The translations under genes were made by a program, and so were the position numbers. Source: a virus (taxonomy: Duplodnaviria; Caudoviricetes). Taken from it: a DNA stretch of 40,289 nt. A model generated the notes under the pieces. It made no database searches. It saw only the letters and a list, made by a program, of their open reading frames with translations, and was not told where the DNA came from. Below are positions 9,302-18,489 of the stretch, one piece after another (the first letter of the stretch is position 1; each line of letters starts with the position of its first letter). Location of the stretch: positions 1 through 40,289 of the IMG/VR virus record IMGVR_UViG_3300040735_000022. The stretch is one strand, 5' to 3'.

Positions 9302-10441
9302 TTACAGCAGCCTCCCCAGCACGTCGTTTTCTTTCCCGAAGATCCACACGCCCAGCGCCTGGCAGATCATGCTATTTGATAAATTCGCCCCCGCCAGCTC
9401 GCCGCTCGGCAGCCCAACGTACTCCGCGAACTGGTCCATCGCGCCCCAGCTTTGCTCGCCGCGCATCCACCCGCGCAGGTTGTCCGTGAACTGTTCCCGG
9501 TCCATCTGCACCGCCGTCTTATAGCATAGGCAGCCAACGTGCAGCGGCAGGCTGATCGTCCCTTTCGGGTATACCCCATCCCCGGCTTCCCCCCCGGCCA
9601 CCACGCTTTCGCACTCGCACCCCAGCGCTGGGTGCGCCCCGCTCAGGTTAATCTTTTCCTGTTCGATCCATGGGATCATCCCCATCACCTGGTCTGTGGC
9701 CATGTGATGAATCGCCTGAATCTCGTTTCGCGCCATCCGCAGCGCGTTATAGGCTACGCCCTGTCCGGCGCATTCGTCCCCGCTTTTCAAGCCGGTCTTG
9801 TCCCCGCTCGCGATCGCTCCCTTGCTTAACCCGTAAAGTCTTATTCGGGTCCACCGCGGGCAGTCTTTACCTGCGCCCAGGTAGCCTTCCAGCTTTTTCG
9901 CCAGGTCCCACGCGCTCCACTGGCCTTGCAGCCCTTCCATAACCAGCCGGTTGATGCCGTCAAGGCTTTTCTTGTTCAACTGCCAGATCCGGCTCGATAG
10001 GTCCAGTCCGTCCTGCAGCACCCGGTTGCTTGCCGCATTCATCAGCACCGCCAGCTGGTCGTCGAAAACGCCATCAGTAATCTTGCTTTCGGTCTTGGCC
10101 GCTTTCTCCGACTGTCCGGCCAGCCAGTTCACCTGCACCGCCAGTGTGCCAAATGCCAGGCTGCCCGCTTCTTTCCTCAGCGCCTGGAAGGTCGGCAGCC
10201 AATCCGTCATCATGGCATCGTTCAGGATCTCGCTTGCCGCGCTCATCACCCCAAACGCCTGCACGCTCGTGATCGGCTCGTCCTTCGCGCCGCGCATCAA
10301 CCGCTTGCAGATCTCGTCGCTTGCCGCCATCAAGATCCGGTGTGTTTCGCCGGTCAAAAATAGATGCTGCCGCATCAGCGCGATCTGCTGATACTGCCAT
10401 GCCCGCTTCACCGGAATTTTATCGATCCAATCCTCAACCAT
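9302..10441 (-). CDS. Minor head morphogenesis protein (Mu gpF / SPP1 gp7-like)
   Basis: 379 aa after the portal gene; LSSRIW, NALRMARNE and PLHVGCLC motifs. Confidence 0.85.
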   Translation of the reverse strand: MVEDWIDKIPVKRAWQYQQIALMRQHLFLTGETHRILMAASDEICKRLMRGAKDEPITSVQAFGVMSAASEILNDAMMTDWLPTFQALRKEAGSLAFGTLAVQVNWLAGQSEKAAKTESKITDGVFDDQLAVLMNAASNRVLQDGLDLSSRIWQLNKKSLDGINRLVMEGLQGQWSAWDLAKKLEGYLGAGKDCPRWTRIRLYGLSKGAIASGDKTGLKSGDECAGQGVAYNALRMARNEIQAIHHMATDQVMGMIPWIEQEKINLSGAHPALGCECESVVAGGEAGDGVYPKGTISLPLHVGCLCYKTAVQMDREQFTDNLRGWMRGEQSWGAMDQFAEYVGLPSGELAGANLSNSMICQALGVWIFGKENDVLGRLL

Positions 10442-10477
10442 AATTCCTCTTTATCTCTGCCTTTTTTTAAACATCTT

Positions 10478-10503
10478 CTCCGTGCTCTCCGTGTCTCTGT
10501 GGT
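10478..10503 (-). repeat. Short tandem repeat (ACCACAGAG-ACACGGAG-AGCACGGAG)
   Basis: Three 8-9 nt units in the intergenic gap between the portal and minor head genes. Confidence 0.6.
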
Positions 10504-10512
10504 AATTCCTCC

Positions 10513-11814
10513 TCATCCTCCTCCGAACCCGGCCAGGATGTTCGAGAATCGGCTCGGGTCCGTGTCTGCCGGATCGACCTCTGCCGCCAGGGTTTCTGCA
10601 TCCACTCCCGGGACGAATCGAGCCAGCAGGTCCCAGATCCGCTCCTGCGGCAGGCCCAAAATCCGCAGCCGCATTGCCGCATCGGCCACATCCAGGATCT
10701 CCTTCGCCGTGATCGCCGCTTTCGATTTCCAGGTGATCTTGAGTTCCAGGCTTTCCGGAAAATACCCCAGCAAAAGCAATTGCCGCTCCACCAGCGGCTG
10801 CAGCAATTCGCTCACCACCCACTCCCGCAGTTGCTCCAGGCTCTCGTTATAAGCTTCCTGCTTTGGCCCTAGCACGTCCCGGTTTAAATCCTCGCCATAC
10901 CCGATCAACTCCATCGGCACCTCGCCCGCCGTGAACAGTGTGGCGATGTGATGCTGCACGTCCTCGATCTCCCCCAGGTGACCGTCTCCCTGGATCGCCG
11001 AGATTGAGGCTGGCTTGTTGGTAAAAAAGTCGCTCACCGCCCCGGTCGCTTGCAGGGCTGCCTGGTTTTCGGCTTTGTATTTCCTCAACGCCGCTTCGTC
11101 AGCGCCTTCCACCACGTGCAGGTACCTCATCCCGCTGCGTGCCTTGCGCCGCACCGACACGTCCATTTCACCCTCGCTCACCTTTTTATAGGCGCCGATG
11201 GCGCTTTCCAGCAGCGGCGTGCCGTATCGTTTCCCTTCGTCGTGCTCCCATCGGGCGTGTATCATCTGCCACTGCGCAAACCACACCGCTGTTTTTGGCG
11301 GCTCTGTGCCGAAAGAGACCCCGTTTGCCATCCAGAACGCTCGTTCTGGTTGTTCGAACCGGTCGAACTCGTTTGACGCGCGGTGTACATACAGCGTTGG
11401 CTTGCGGCTCACGCTTGTGATCTCCAGCGCGTCGTTGATTTCTAGCTCCAGGAAGCTGTCCCCATCACGCGCCGTCAATCGCACCCAGTCATCCAGCACT
11501 TGTGCCAGTTTCAAGCGGTTATACAATCCCGTTGCCGCGTCCGTCGCTGTGGGGTTATTGGTGCGGATTGCATATCCGCCCTTTGTCATGTCCCGCGCCA
11601 GGCGTGTGATCATGCGTTTTGTCCGCGGGTCAATACGGTACATCTCCCGGCAGGCCCGCACCACTTTGGTGCGCTCGCTTTCGGCGATGAACTTCCGCGC
11701 CAGGCTCTCTTCGTGCAGCGCCATTTCCTGCGCCGTCCAGTCCACGGTGGTTTGTTCGGGCTGTGCCTGCTGTGGCCTGAAAATATCTCGGATTCGATCG
11801 AATAGCCTTGCCAT
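10513..11814 (-). CDS. Portal protein
   Basis: 433 aa; RDGDSFLE and YGTPLLESA...EMDVSVRR motifs resemble portal families (T4 gp20-like); followed by the gpF-like gene. Confidence 0.85.
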   Translation of the reverse strand: MARLFDRIRDIFRPQQAQPEQTTVDWTAQEMALHEESLARKFIAESERTKVVRACREMYRIDPRTKRMITRLARDMTKGGYAIRTNNPTATDAATGLYNRLKLAQVLDDWVRLTARDGDSFLELEINDALEITSVSRKPTLYVHRASNEFDRFEQPERAFWMANGVSFGTEPPKTAVWFAQWQMIHARWEHDEGKRYGTPLLESAIGAYKKVSEGEMDVSVRRKARSGMRYLHVVEGADEAALRKYKAENQAALQATGAVSDFFTNKPASISAIQGDGHLGEIEDVQHHIATLFTAGEVPMELIGYGEDLNRDVLGPKQEAYNESLEQLREWVVSELLQPLVERQLLLLGYFPESLELKITWKSKAAITAKEILDVADAAMRLRILGLPQERIWDLLARFVPGVDAETLAAEVDPADTDPSRFSNILAGFGGG

Positions 11815-12251
11815 TATGCAAACACCTCCTTCAAAGTCTTTTCAAGCGTTGGCAGGTTAGCCTCGATCGTGCTCATCACGATTGCGTTTCGCCCGCCGTG
11901 TGCCGTCTCGAGGAACTTGCCATACCACACCGTATGCCCCAGCGCGATCACCAGTTGGCTTGCATTTCCGGAGATCTTCACCGCATCGCTCATCTCCGTT
12001 GCTGCGCCTGGTGTCACGGTCCCGGTCACCGCCTGCTGGCCAAACCCGTCAACTGCAAAAAACAGCCCGCTTCGCGCGTTGCCGGTCCGGTCAGTCCATG
12101 CGGCTTGTGACCTCGCCGTGTCCTGGCATTTTTGCCCCCAGTACACAGCCACCGCATACACCGCTATCAGCGCCTTCTTCCCATAGGCCTCGATTCCCTC
12201 TATCAGTTTGCTTGGCGGTGTCACCCACCGGATCCCGGATATGTTGGTCAT
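11814..12251 (-). CDS. Neck / tail-completion protein (HK97 gp10-like)
   Basis: AAWTDRTGNARSGL and HTVWYGKFLE motifs. Confidence 0.8.
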   Translation of the reverse strand: MTNISGIRWVTPPSKLIEGIEAYGKKALIAVYAVAVYWGQKCQDTARSQAAWTDRTGNARSGLFFAVDGFGQQAVTGTVTPGAATEMSDAVKISGNASQLVIALGHTVWYGKFLETAHGGRNAIVMSTIEANLPTLEKTLKEVFA

Positions 12252-12997
12252 GCTCCTTCTTCCTCCTCGAAAAGGGTTGGCTGTGCTTCAGCTTCTGCCA
12301 CCCGTTTACACATAACCAGATAGTTGTGCGGGTCTTTTTCGATCAGAATTGCAACCCTGCCAGACCGGTGTGCTGCAATGCCGGTTGTCCCGCTGCCCGC
12401 CGAAATATCCAGCACGATGTCTCCCGGGTTGGTGTAAGTGCGGATCAGATACTCATATAAAGCGACTGGCTTCTGGGTGGCATGGACGGTATCTTGGACC
12501 GAAGGGAAATAGAGCACGCTGACTGGATAGTAGTCATTGCTCCTTGTCTTAGGTCCATCTGGCACCTGCTTATAAACGCCAGCACGGCTGTGATTACCTC
12601 CTCCTCTCGCGTGCAGGCTGCCCTTGTTCGATTGAGGGTGATAAACCGGCTGTTCTCGGTAAAAGACGAGGATATTCTCGTGGGCCTTAAGTGGCATCTT
12701 CTTGCTATTCAGAAAGCCTGTTCTACGTGACTTTTCCCAGATCCATTCATATCGAAACCATTTGAAATTGCTCATCACCAGCTTGCTTGTGAAGGGCTGG
12801 CTTGCGGTGGTGATGAACACGCCATGCGGCTTGAGAATCCGTTTGACCTGATCCCACATGGGTTCGAAAGGGATGATCTCATCCCAATCGCACGCGGTAG
12901 TCCCATAGGGCAGATCCGTGATGATGGCGTTTACACTTTCCGCCTCCATCGCGCCCATGATCTCGATGCAATCCCCTTTGTATAGTTTGCTGGTCAC
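12248..12997 (-). CDS. DNA methyltransferase (N6-adenine/N4-cytosine, beta class)
   Basis: GDC...TDLPYG catalytic motif first, then HATQKP and DISAGSGTT SAM-binding motif. Confidence 0.93.
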   Translation of the reverse strand: MTSKLYKGDCIEIMGAMEAESVNAIITDLPYGTTACDWDEIIPFEPMWDQVKRILKPHGVFITTASQPFTSKLVMSNFKWFRYEWIWEKSRRTGFLNSKKMPLKAHENILVFYREQPVYHPQSNKGSLHARGGGNHSRAGVYKQVPDGPKTRSNDYYPVSVLYFPSVQDTVHATQKPVALYEYLIRTYTNPGDIVLDISAGSGTTGIAAHRSGRVAILIEKDPHNYLVMCKRVAEAEAQPTLFEEEEGA

Positions 12998-13317
12998 TTT
13001 ACCGCCTCAGCCTCCGCCACCGTGCCGATCAACAGGCTTGGCCGCACAAACGTCACCTCATAAAGGTGCCCGTCATGGGTCAGCCGGTCGCCCTGTTGCA
13101 CATCCAGTTCTCCAGCTCCGTAGAGGATCACCGCCTGGCGCGTTGCATCGCTTGCCATACCGGCTTGTCCAACCGCCCTGGACCCTGCCCGCACAATCCG
13201 GATTTTCTGCGCCGCCAGGGTTGTGTCTCCTCTGCGCAGCGTCACCATCACCGGGTTGTCATCGATGATCCCGCTTAGATCGCTTGCGAATTGCGCCTTA
13301 TCATCCGCGCTCAGCAT
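12994..13317 (-). CDS. Head closure / head-tail joining protein
   Basis: 107 aa; LDVQQGDRLTHDGHLYEVTFV motif; follows the adaptor gene. Confidence 0.75.
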   Translation of the reverse strand: MLSADDKAQFASDLSGIIDDNPVMVTLRRGDTTLAAQKIRIVRAGSRAVGQAGMASDATRQAVILYGAGELDVQQGDRLTHDGHLYEVTFVRPSLLIGTVAEAEAVK

Positions 13318-13327
13318 GTTTCTCCTC

Positions 13328-13954
13328 TCACATCACCAGCGGACCGATCCTGTCCGCCAACGCTTTTTCGTATTGCTGTCGCAGGTCTCGCGCCTGTTCG
13401 CGCAGTTGCTCTGCCAGGCGTTCCTTGCTCACGCGCTCGTCCCCCAACTGGTATTGGAAAGCCTTTGCGCTGGCGTTATTGGCCTGCCAGGTCAGGCAAA
13501 TCGCCTCGGCATACATCACCACCAGCCTGGCTTCGCCCGCGTCCATCTCTGCATAGGTGGTATCGCTCAGCACATGACCGGCGCCGTATTCCAGGGTCCG
13601 TTGCATCGTGTAGCCTGGTGTCGGGTAAAACGTGATCTGTCCGTTGCTGATCGTCCAGGTTTCCTCGCGCATGCGTGCGCTGGTCGGGATGATCCCGCTT
13701 GCTGATAGGATCACGCCACCCTGCGAGATCGCGCTCTCCAACTGGATCAGCGTGACGAAATCTTCCGGCAGAGCATAGCTCGCCTGGCCTGCAACAATTG
13801 CCAGTGTTGTGATCTTGCGCTTTCTCAACCGGTTGTTCAAACCCTCCACCGAGTCCCGGATCGCTCGCTCATACTGTTCGCTGGTCGGCATCCCGTCCCG
13901 TGCCGGGACGTTTGCCTGCAATCGTCCAGTCAAATCCGTCATCGTTGCGCTCAT
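13328..13954 (-). CDS. Head-tail adaptor protein
   Basis: 208 aa downstream of the capsid gene; GQASYALPEDF motif. Confidence 0.7.
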   Translation of the reverse strand: MSATMTDLTGRLQANVPARDGMPTSEQYERAIRDSVEGLNNRLRKRKITTLAIVAGQASYALPEDFVTLIQLESAISQGGVILSASGIIPTSARMREETWTISNGQITFYPTPGYTMQRTLEYGAGHVLSDTTYAEMDAGEARLVVMYAEAICLTWQANNASAKAFQYQLGDERVSKERLAEQLREQARDLRQQYEKALADRIGPLVM

Positions 13955-14160
13955 TTCGCCTTACCTTTTCCCCGCCGCTTATCGGTCGCCTCCGCTTGTG
14001 AGATCACTTCTTCGACAATCCCCGTCAACAGCACAACCGGCCGGTCGCCTTTCGCCAGCGTCACCGCCAGCTTATCCGGTACCTCCATCGTTTCACCGGG
14101 CAGCAATAGCTTCCCGTTCACCACCAGTTCTTTCTCCGTTGCATTCTGGATCTTCGCCAT
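13951..14160 (-). CDS. Small hypothetical protein downstream of capsid
   Basis: 69 aa, GGAGG SD, basic C-terminal tail. Confidence 0.7.
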   Translation of the reverse strand: MAKIQNATEKELVVNGKLLLPGETMEVPDKLAVTLAKGDRPVVLLTGIVEEVISQAEATDKRRGKGKAK

Positions 14161-14180
14161 GCGTTTTCCTCCGTTCCTTG

Positions 14181-14207
14181 TAGGGGCGGGCCAATGACCC
14201 GCCCCTA
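14181..14207. other. GC-rich hairpin after the capsid stop (GTAG-type REP-like element or mRNA stabiliser)
   Basis: Perfect 10-bp stem TAGGGGCGGG/CCCGCCCCTA with 7-nt loop; no U-tract on the coding strand. Confidence 0.6.
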
Positions 14208-14230
14208 TCAGGTTTCGTTCATTCAGGCGC

Positions 14231-16858
14231 TTACACGATCTTGACGTAGCTGCCCTTCTCCACCACCGGCGCTTCCGTGGCGTTGAACTCTTCGCCGTAG
14301 TACTGGTCCGCGGCCACCAGCTTTTGGTTGGCGTCGTAGGTCGGGAACGGTCCCTTGATCGTCCAGGGGGTCAGCACGCGGTGCATCACCAGGCCCCGGT
14401 TGACAGTCAGGATGTAGCCGTCGCTGAACTGCGTGGTATCGAACACCGGCAGGCCCTTCAGCCGCCCCACATAACCGTTTGCGTTCAGGTCCGCGCTCGG
14501 AACTTTCCCTGCCGCGGTAAACCCGTCCCAGTTGCTCATCGCGTCGCTGTTGGTTTTGCTGACCAGAATCCCGGTCGGATCGTAGAATCGGTTGGCCACC
14601 TTGGTCTTGGCGATACCCACCTTTTTGACCAGGTCATCCAGCGTATCGCTGGCCGCGGTCCAGGTGCCGCCGCTGTTGTTGGCCACCTGCAGCACGGCTG
14701 CCAGTGCCAGGTAGAAAACGCCCTTGTCGATCTTCTGGGCAACCTCAACGCCCAGCGCGTTCAGCGTGCGGGCCAGTGCATCCCAGCCGATCTGCTGGCG
14801 GCTGAACACAATTGCCTCACGGGTGATGCTGGCAGCCAGACGGTCGGCCATCGCCTCGATCGTCTTGTAGGCCAGCGTCATCTTCCCGCGCTCGATCGCC
14901 GCCCCTTCGCCTTTGCGAACCGCGTCGTACTGGTAATCCACCAGCAGGCTTTGTTCGTCCGTGATGGTCGCCAGCGCCATATAACGGCCGTTAGCGCAAT
15001 CCACCACGTAATCCGTGCCCTCGGTGTAGGTCACGGTCGCGCCGCTGTTGGTGATCACCACCGTGCCTGGGATCAGCCGCTTGTTGGCCAAGGCCACCCA
15101 CGCGTTTAGATCAGCCGTGCTGGCCTCGTCGGTAACGGTGCCGGTGGCTCCGGCTTCACCCGCGTAGGTTTCGTAATACAGCCGCGAGGGTGAAGCGTCC
15201 ATCATCCCAAAATCGAACACGCCGCTGGCCACCAGCGTCGGCAGTGCCTGCGCCATCACGGTCCGCCCCACCGAGTACGGCAGGTTCAGGTCGCTGGTTT
15301 GCTCGGCCTCTTCAAACTGGCGCGATTCCTCGGCCAGTTGGCGGCCATACAGCTTATCGAACCGCTCCAGGTAGAGCTGTGCGAACACATCGTTCACGCT
15401 GCGTTCCTTGTGCGGGACGATCACGCCGTGTCGCTCCAGGCTTTCGATCAGCTCCAGGCTGGCCCGCAGGTGCTGCGGTCGCTCGCCTTCCGGCATCTCG
15501 ATCACGCTGCCCTGCGCGCCGCGATAACCCATGCTGGCCAGCCGTGCCTGTGCCGCGATCGCGTCGTATTCATTGCGCTTGGCCTCCACCAGCGTCTTCA
15601 CGGATTCGGCGTCGGCCGGTTTGGCTGCCTGCACTGCGTTCGCGAACGCCTCGTTCATCGCCTTGCCGTAGGGCAGGGCTTTCGTGGCTTCGTCGATCGC
15701 CGCGTTCACGGCTTCCTGCTGGGCCTGTTCGGCCAGCAGTTTCTTGGCCGCCACGGCCTCGTCCAGCGCTTTGGGCAGGTCAACTTCCTTGCCGATTCCC
15801 AGCTTTTCACGCAGGCTTTCTTCCAGCCTCTGCGCCTGTTCGGCGCTCATCTGCTGCACGTTTTCCGCGATCAAACCGCGGAACAGTTCAGGGTGCTCCC
15901 GTAAGAGCTTCAAAATTTCTTCAGATGTCATTTCTCCCTCCTCCAGGGATGTAGATTCCAGCATGGTGACGGCCCCGTTCGGGTCGCTCGGTTCCAGCAC
16001 CAGGTCATACCCGGTGATCACCAGATCCGTAACTTCCTCGATCCGCTGGCCGTTTTCAGTGACAACTTTGCTCTGACCGTAGGCCCGTTGGCTGATGCCC
16101 GGATACACACCGCCCTCCATCAAAGCCAGGAGGTCCTTGCCCTTGCTGGTCTCCAGTACGCTCCCTTCCAGGAGAGTCTGCTGGCCGTCGAAGGACACCT
16201 TGTCCCATCGCACGACCGTTTCCAGCAGGCTGGCTCGCCCACCTTTGCTTGAGGGATGTTCCGCCTCGCCCAACAAAACCGCCCGGCCCTGTCCGGCGCT
16301 CTCGTGCAGATGGCCGCGCACGTCCTCGACCGCTGCCCGCAGCACCGCTGCCGAATATCGCCGACCGTTCTCGTTCACCACGTCGGCGGTAATTCCAATC
16401 CCTTTGATCCTGCGCGGTTGTCCATCTTTCGCTTCCACCAGCTCCAGCCGCCCGCAGGATTCCGTAAACCGCTTCCCCTTCCTCTTTCCCTCTCCCAGAG
16501 ACTGTGAGAGGGCAGGGTGAGGGTTCTTCCCCTCGCCCAATTCGGGCTGAGACGAGGGTGGCGTTGTGGTCTGCGGCTGATATGCCAGCTCCACCACCTC
16601 CCAGTCCGCTCGATCGGCAAAGGTATACTCCCCGCCTATGCTCGAATAGCTCACCAGGTAATACTCGTCCGTTTTCAGCTCGCTGCCGCCCAGCACGATC
16701 ACGTGATCCGCGAACGTCTCAACGATCCACAAGCTCAGCCCGTCTTCCTGGTAGGGGAACTGCTTGCGGAACGCGCTCCGGATCAAATCCAGCGTGTAAT
16801 CCAGGCTCCCCTTCACCAGCTCTTCCAACGGTTTTCCCCGTCCGATCTTTCTCTTCAT
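14231..16858 (-). CDS. Prohead protease - scaffold - major capsid fusion protein
   Basis: Start reassigned to ATG 16858 (AGGAGG SD), 875 aa. Protease motifs NENGRRY, GEAEHP, GISQRAYG, YDLVLEPS; helical scaffold; C-terminal capsid region. Confidence 0.9.
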   Translation of the reverse strand: MKRKIGRGKPLEELVKGSLDYTLDLIRSAFRKQFPYQEDGLSLWIVETFADHVIVLGGSELKTDEYYLVSYSSIGGEYTFADRADWEVVELAYQPQTTTPPSSQPELGEGKNPHPALSQSLGEGKRKGKRFTESCGRLELVEAKDGQPRRIKGIGITADVVNENGRRYSAAVLRAAVEDVRGHLHESAGQGRAVLLGEAEHPSSKGGRASLLETVVRWDKVSFDGQQTLLEGSVLETSKGKDLLALMEGGVYPGISQRAYGQSKVVTENGQRIEEVTDLVITGYDLVLEPSDPNGAVTMLESTSLEEGEMTSEEILKLLREHPELFRGLIAENVQQMSAEQAQRLEESLREKLGIGKEVDLPKALDEAVAAKKLLAEQAQQEAVNAAIDEATKALPYGKAMNEAFANAVQAAKPADAESVKTLVEAKRNEYDAIAAQARLASMGYRGAQGSVIEMPEGERPQHLRASLELIESLERHGVIVPHKERSVNDVFAQLYLERFDKLYGRQLAEESRQFEEAEQTSDLNLPYSVGRTVMAQALPTLVASGVFDFGMMDASPSRLYYETYAGEAGATGTVTDEASTADLNAWVALANKRLIPGTVVITNSGATVTYTEGTDYVVDCANGRYMALATITDEQSLLVDYQYDAVRKGEGAAIERGKMTLAYKTIEAMADRLAASITREAIVFSRQQIGWDALARTLNALGVEVAQKIDKGVFYLALAAVLQVANNSGGTWTAASDTLDDLVKKVGIAKTKVANRFYDPTGILVSKTNSDAMSNWDGFTAAGKVPSADLNANGYVGRLKGLPVFDTTQFSDGYILTVNRGLVMHRVLTPWTIKGPFPTYDANQKLVAADQYYGEEFNATEAPVVEKGSYVKIV
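16488..16570 (-). repeat. Two tandem palindromic REP-like elements in frame in the capsid gene (one degenerate)
   Basis: 16488..16524 matches the family with one stem mismatch; 16530..16570 is degenerate; the protein shows LGEGK twice. Confidence 0.75.
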
Positions 16859-16882
16859 CTTCTTCCTCCTTCGTTTTTCCTT

Positions 16883-16923
16883 CCCCTCTCCCAATCTTTG
16901 GGAGAGGGGTTGGGGGTGAGGGT
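16883..16923 (-). repeat. Palindromic REP-like element
   Basis: Minus strand ACCCTCACCCCCAA plus 12-bp stem CCCCTCTCCCAA/TTGGGAGAGGGG, directly after the terL stop. Confidence 0.85.
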
Positions 16924-18489
16924 CTACTCCAGCCCCATCTCTGCCGCCGTTATTACCACCGGCTCGCTTGTCGCTGCGGCTTCATATCCCTCGGCCAGTT
17001 CAGAGATCACCTGCACGCCGCCGCTCATCGTATCCACCACGTCGTCATGTTTCCCGTTCGGGAAAACTTCCATCTCCTTCCAGGCATCCCGCCACCAGGC
17101 GCCGCGCACCACTCGCACCAGTCCGCTGGTCGCCCGGAACTTGATCGCTCTGGCCCGGCTGACCTTGTCCGCCTCCGGCCGCATTTCCACGATCGATACC
17201 CTGGCCAGCGCCGGGTCCCGCATGAACTGCCTGAAAACCAGCGCCTGGAAAGCCACGTTCTCTATTGCCCACGTCGTCCCCAGCTCCTCCGGCGCCAGCA
17301 TCTTTTTTTTCAGCAACGCCAGAAACTCATCCAGCTCGTGCACCCGCAGCAGGTCCCGGTAGATCAGCTCGCCGGTCTCCTGGTTCAACGCGCACGGCAT
17401 CACCGCGTTCCAGTCGGCCGCCTTCGTCTCACCCAGTGCCAGGTCGATGTAGGCATACCACTGCAGGCCAGCCGGCCTTTTTTCGATGATCGTGAACTGC
17501 CCCTCGTCGAAGAAATTCCCTGTCCTTGCCCTGGGGAGCTGTTGGTACTGTGCATCGAACTCTTCCCCCAGCGTCGCTGCAATTTTCGCCAGCGCCCGCG
17601 CGTCATATTTCTCCGGCCAAAGCGGTTCGCCTGGCTTCCGTCCCAGCGGGTCCCGCTGTGGGATAAATTGCCCTCGCCGCATCCGGTCCGCGAACCGTTC
17701 CTCGTCCTGGATGTAGTCCTCGTCTTCCAGCGCCAGCGCAGGCAGGTACAGGACCTCCCACTGGTCGGCCAGCAGTGGATCGTTGATCATCTCTTCCAGC
17801 AGTTCACCGGCCAGGTCGGCCGGGTGCCAGCGCGTGTGGGTGATCACGATCGCTCCGCCCTTTTCCAGACGGGTGTACGCCGCGCTCTTGTACCAGCTCA
17901 TCACCCGCTTGCGGTAGGCTTCGCTGTCTGCGTCGTCGCGGTTTTTGAATGGGTCGTCGATCACCTCCAGGTGCGCCCCCTTGCCGACGATACCGCCTCC
18001 GATGCCCGCCGCCACCACGCCGCCCCGGTGCGGGTCCGCCAGGCTCCAGCTTGCCTTTGCGCTGCTGTCCGCGCTCAGCTCCACCGGCGCGTCCAGTGCG
18101 CTCCGCGCCCCGAACACCGCTGCATAGCGCTCGCTCGTCACGTAATCCCGCACCGCTCGGCTGTCCTCGCCCGCCAGGTCGGCCCCGTAAGCCGTCAAAA
18201 TCACCCGGCTGTCCGGCAGTTTGCCAAGCAGCCACGACGGAAATAACCGGGATATCTGCGCGCTCTTTCCGTGCCGCGGCGGTTCGAAGATCATCAGTCT
18301 CCCGATTCCCTCTTCGCCCTCGGTCTCGATGTAGCGCAGCACCTGTTCCAGCTTATCCGCCACCAGCCGGTGATGTCTGGCCGGTCGGTACCACGGCGCC
18401 ACATAGCACGAATAATCGATCAGGTGGCGCCGGGCTTTTTCCCGGGCCGCCCGTTCTGCGCGTGCCAGTTCCGGTGTCACCTTACTCAT
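16924..18489 (-). CDS. terL: Terminase large subunit
   Basis: PPRHGKS Walker A, VIDDP Walker B, TRWHPADL, YIDLA and HDDVVD nuclease motifs. Confidence 0.97.
   Translation of the reverse strand: MSKVTPELARAERAAREKARRHLIDYSCYVAPWYRPARHHRLVADKLEQVLRYIETEGEEGIGRLMIFEPPRHGKSAQISRLFPSWLLGKLPDSRVILTAYGADLAGEDSRAVRDYVTSERYAAVFGARSALDAPVELSADSSAKASWSLADPHRGGVVAAGIGGGIVGKGAHLEVIDDPFKNRDDADSEAYRKRVMSWYKSAAYTRLEKGGAIVITHTRWHPADLAGELLEEMINDPLLADQWEVLYLPALALEDEDYIQDEERFADRMRRGQFIPQRDPLGRKPGEPLWPEKYDARALAKIAATLGEEFDAQYQQLPRARTGNFFDEGQFTIIEKRPAGLQWYAYIDLALGETKAADWNAVMPCALNQETGELIYRDLLRVHELDEFLALLKKKMLAPEELGTTWAIENVAFQALVFRQFMRDPALARVSIVEMRPEADKVSRARAIKFRATSGLVRVVRGAWWRDAWKEMEVFPNGKHDDVVDTMSGGVQVISELAEGYEAAATSEPVVITAAEMGLE

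Noticed and set aside
16859-16894. Upstream starts in the ORF track (also 8024, 19243, 21018, 22375, 24621, 29580, 29879, 30471, 37117)
   Set aside because: These extensions run through repeats, leaders or neighbouring genes; downstream starts have clear SD or promoter context.
16504-18246. 580-aa plus-strand ORF
   Set aside because: Antisense shadow of terL and the capsid gene in GC-rich DNA; Arg/Pro-rich with no motifs.
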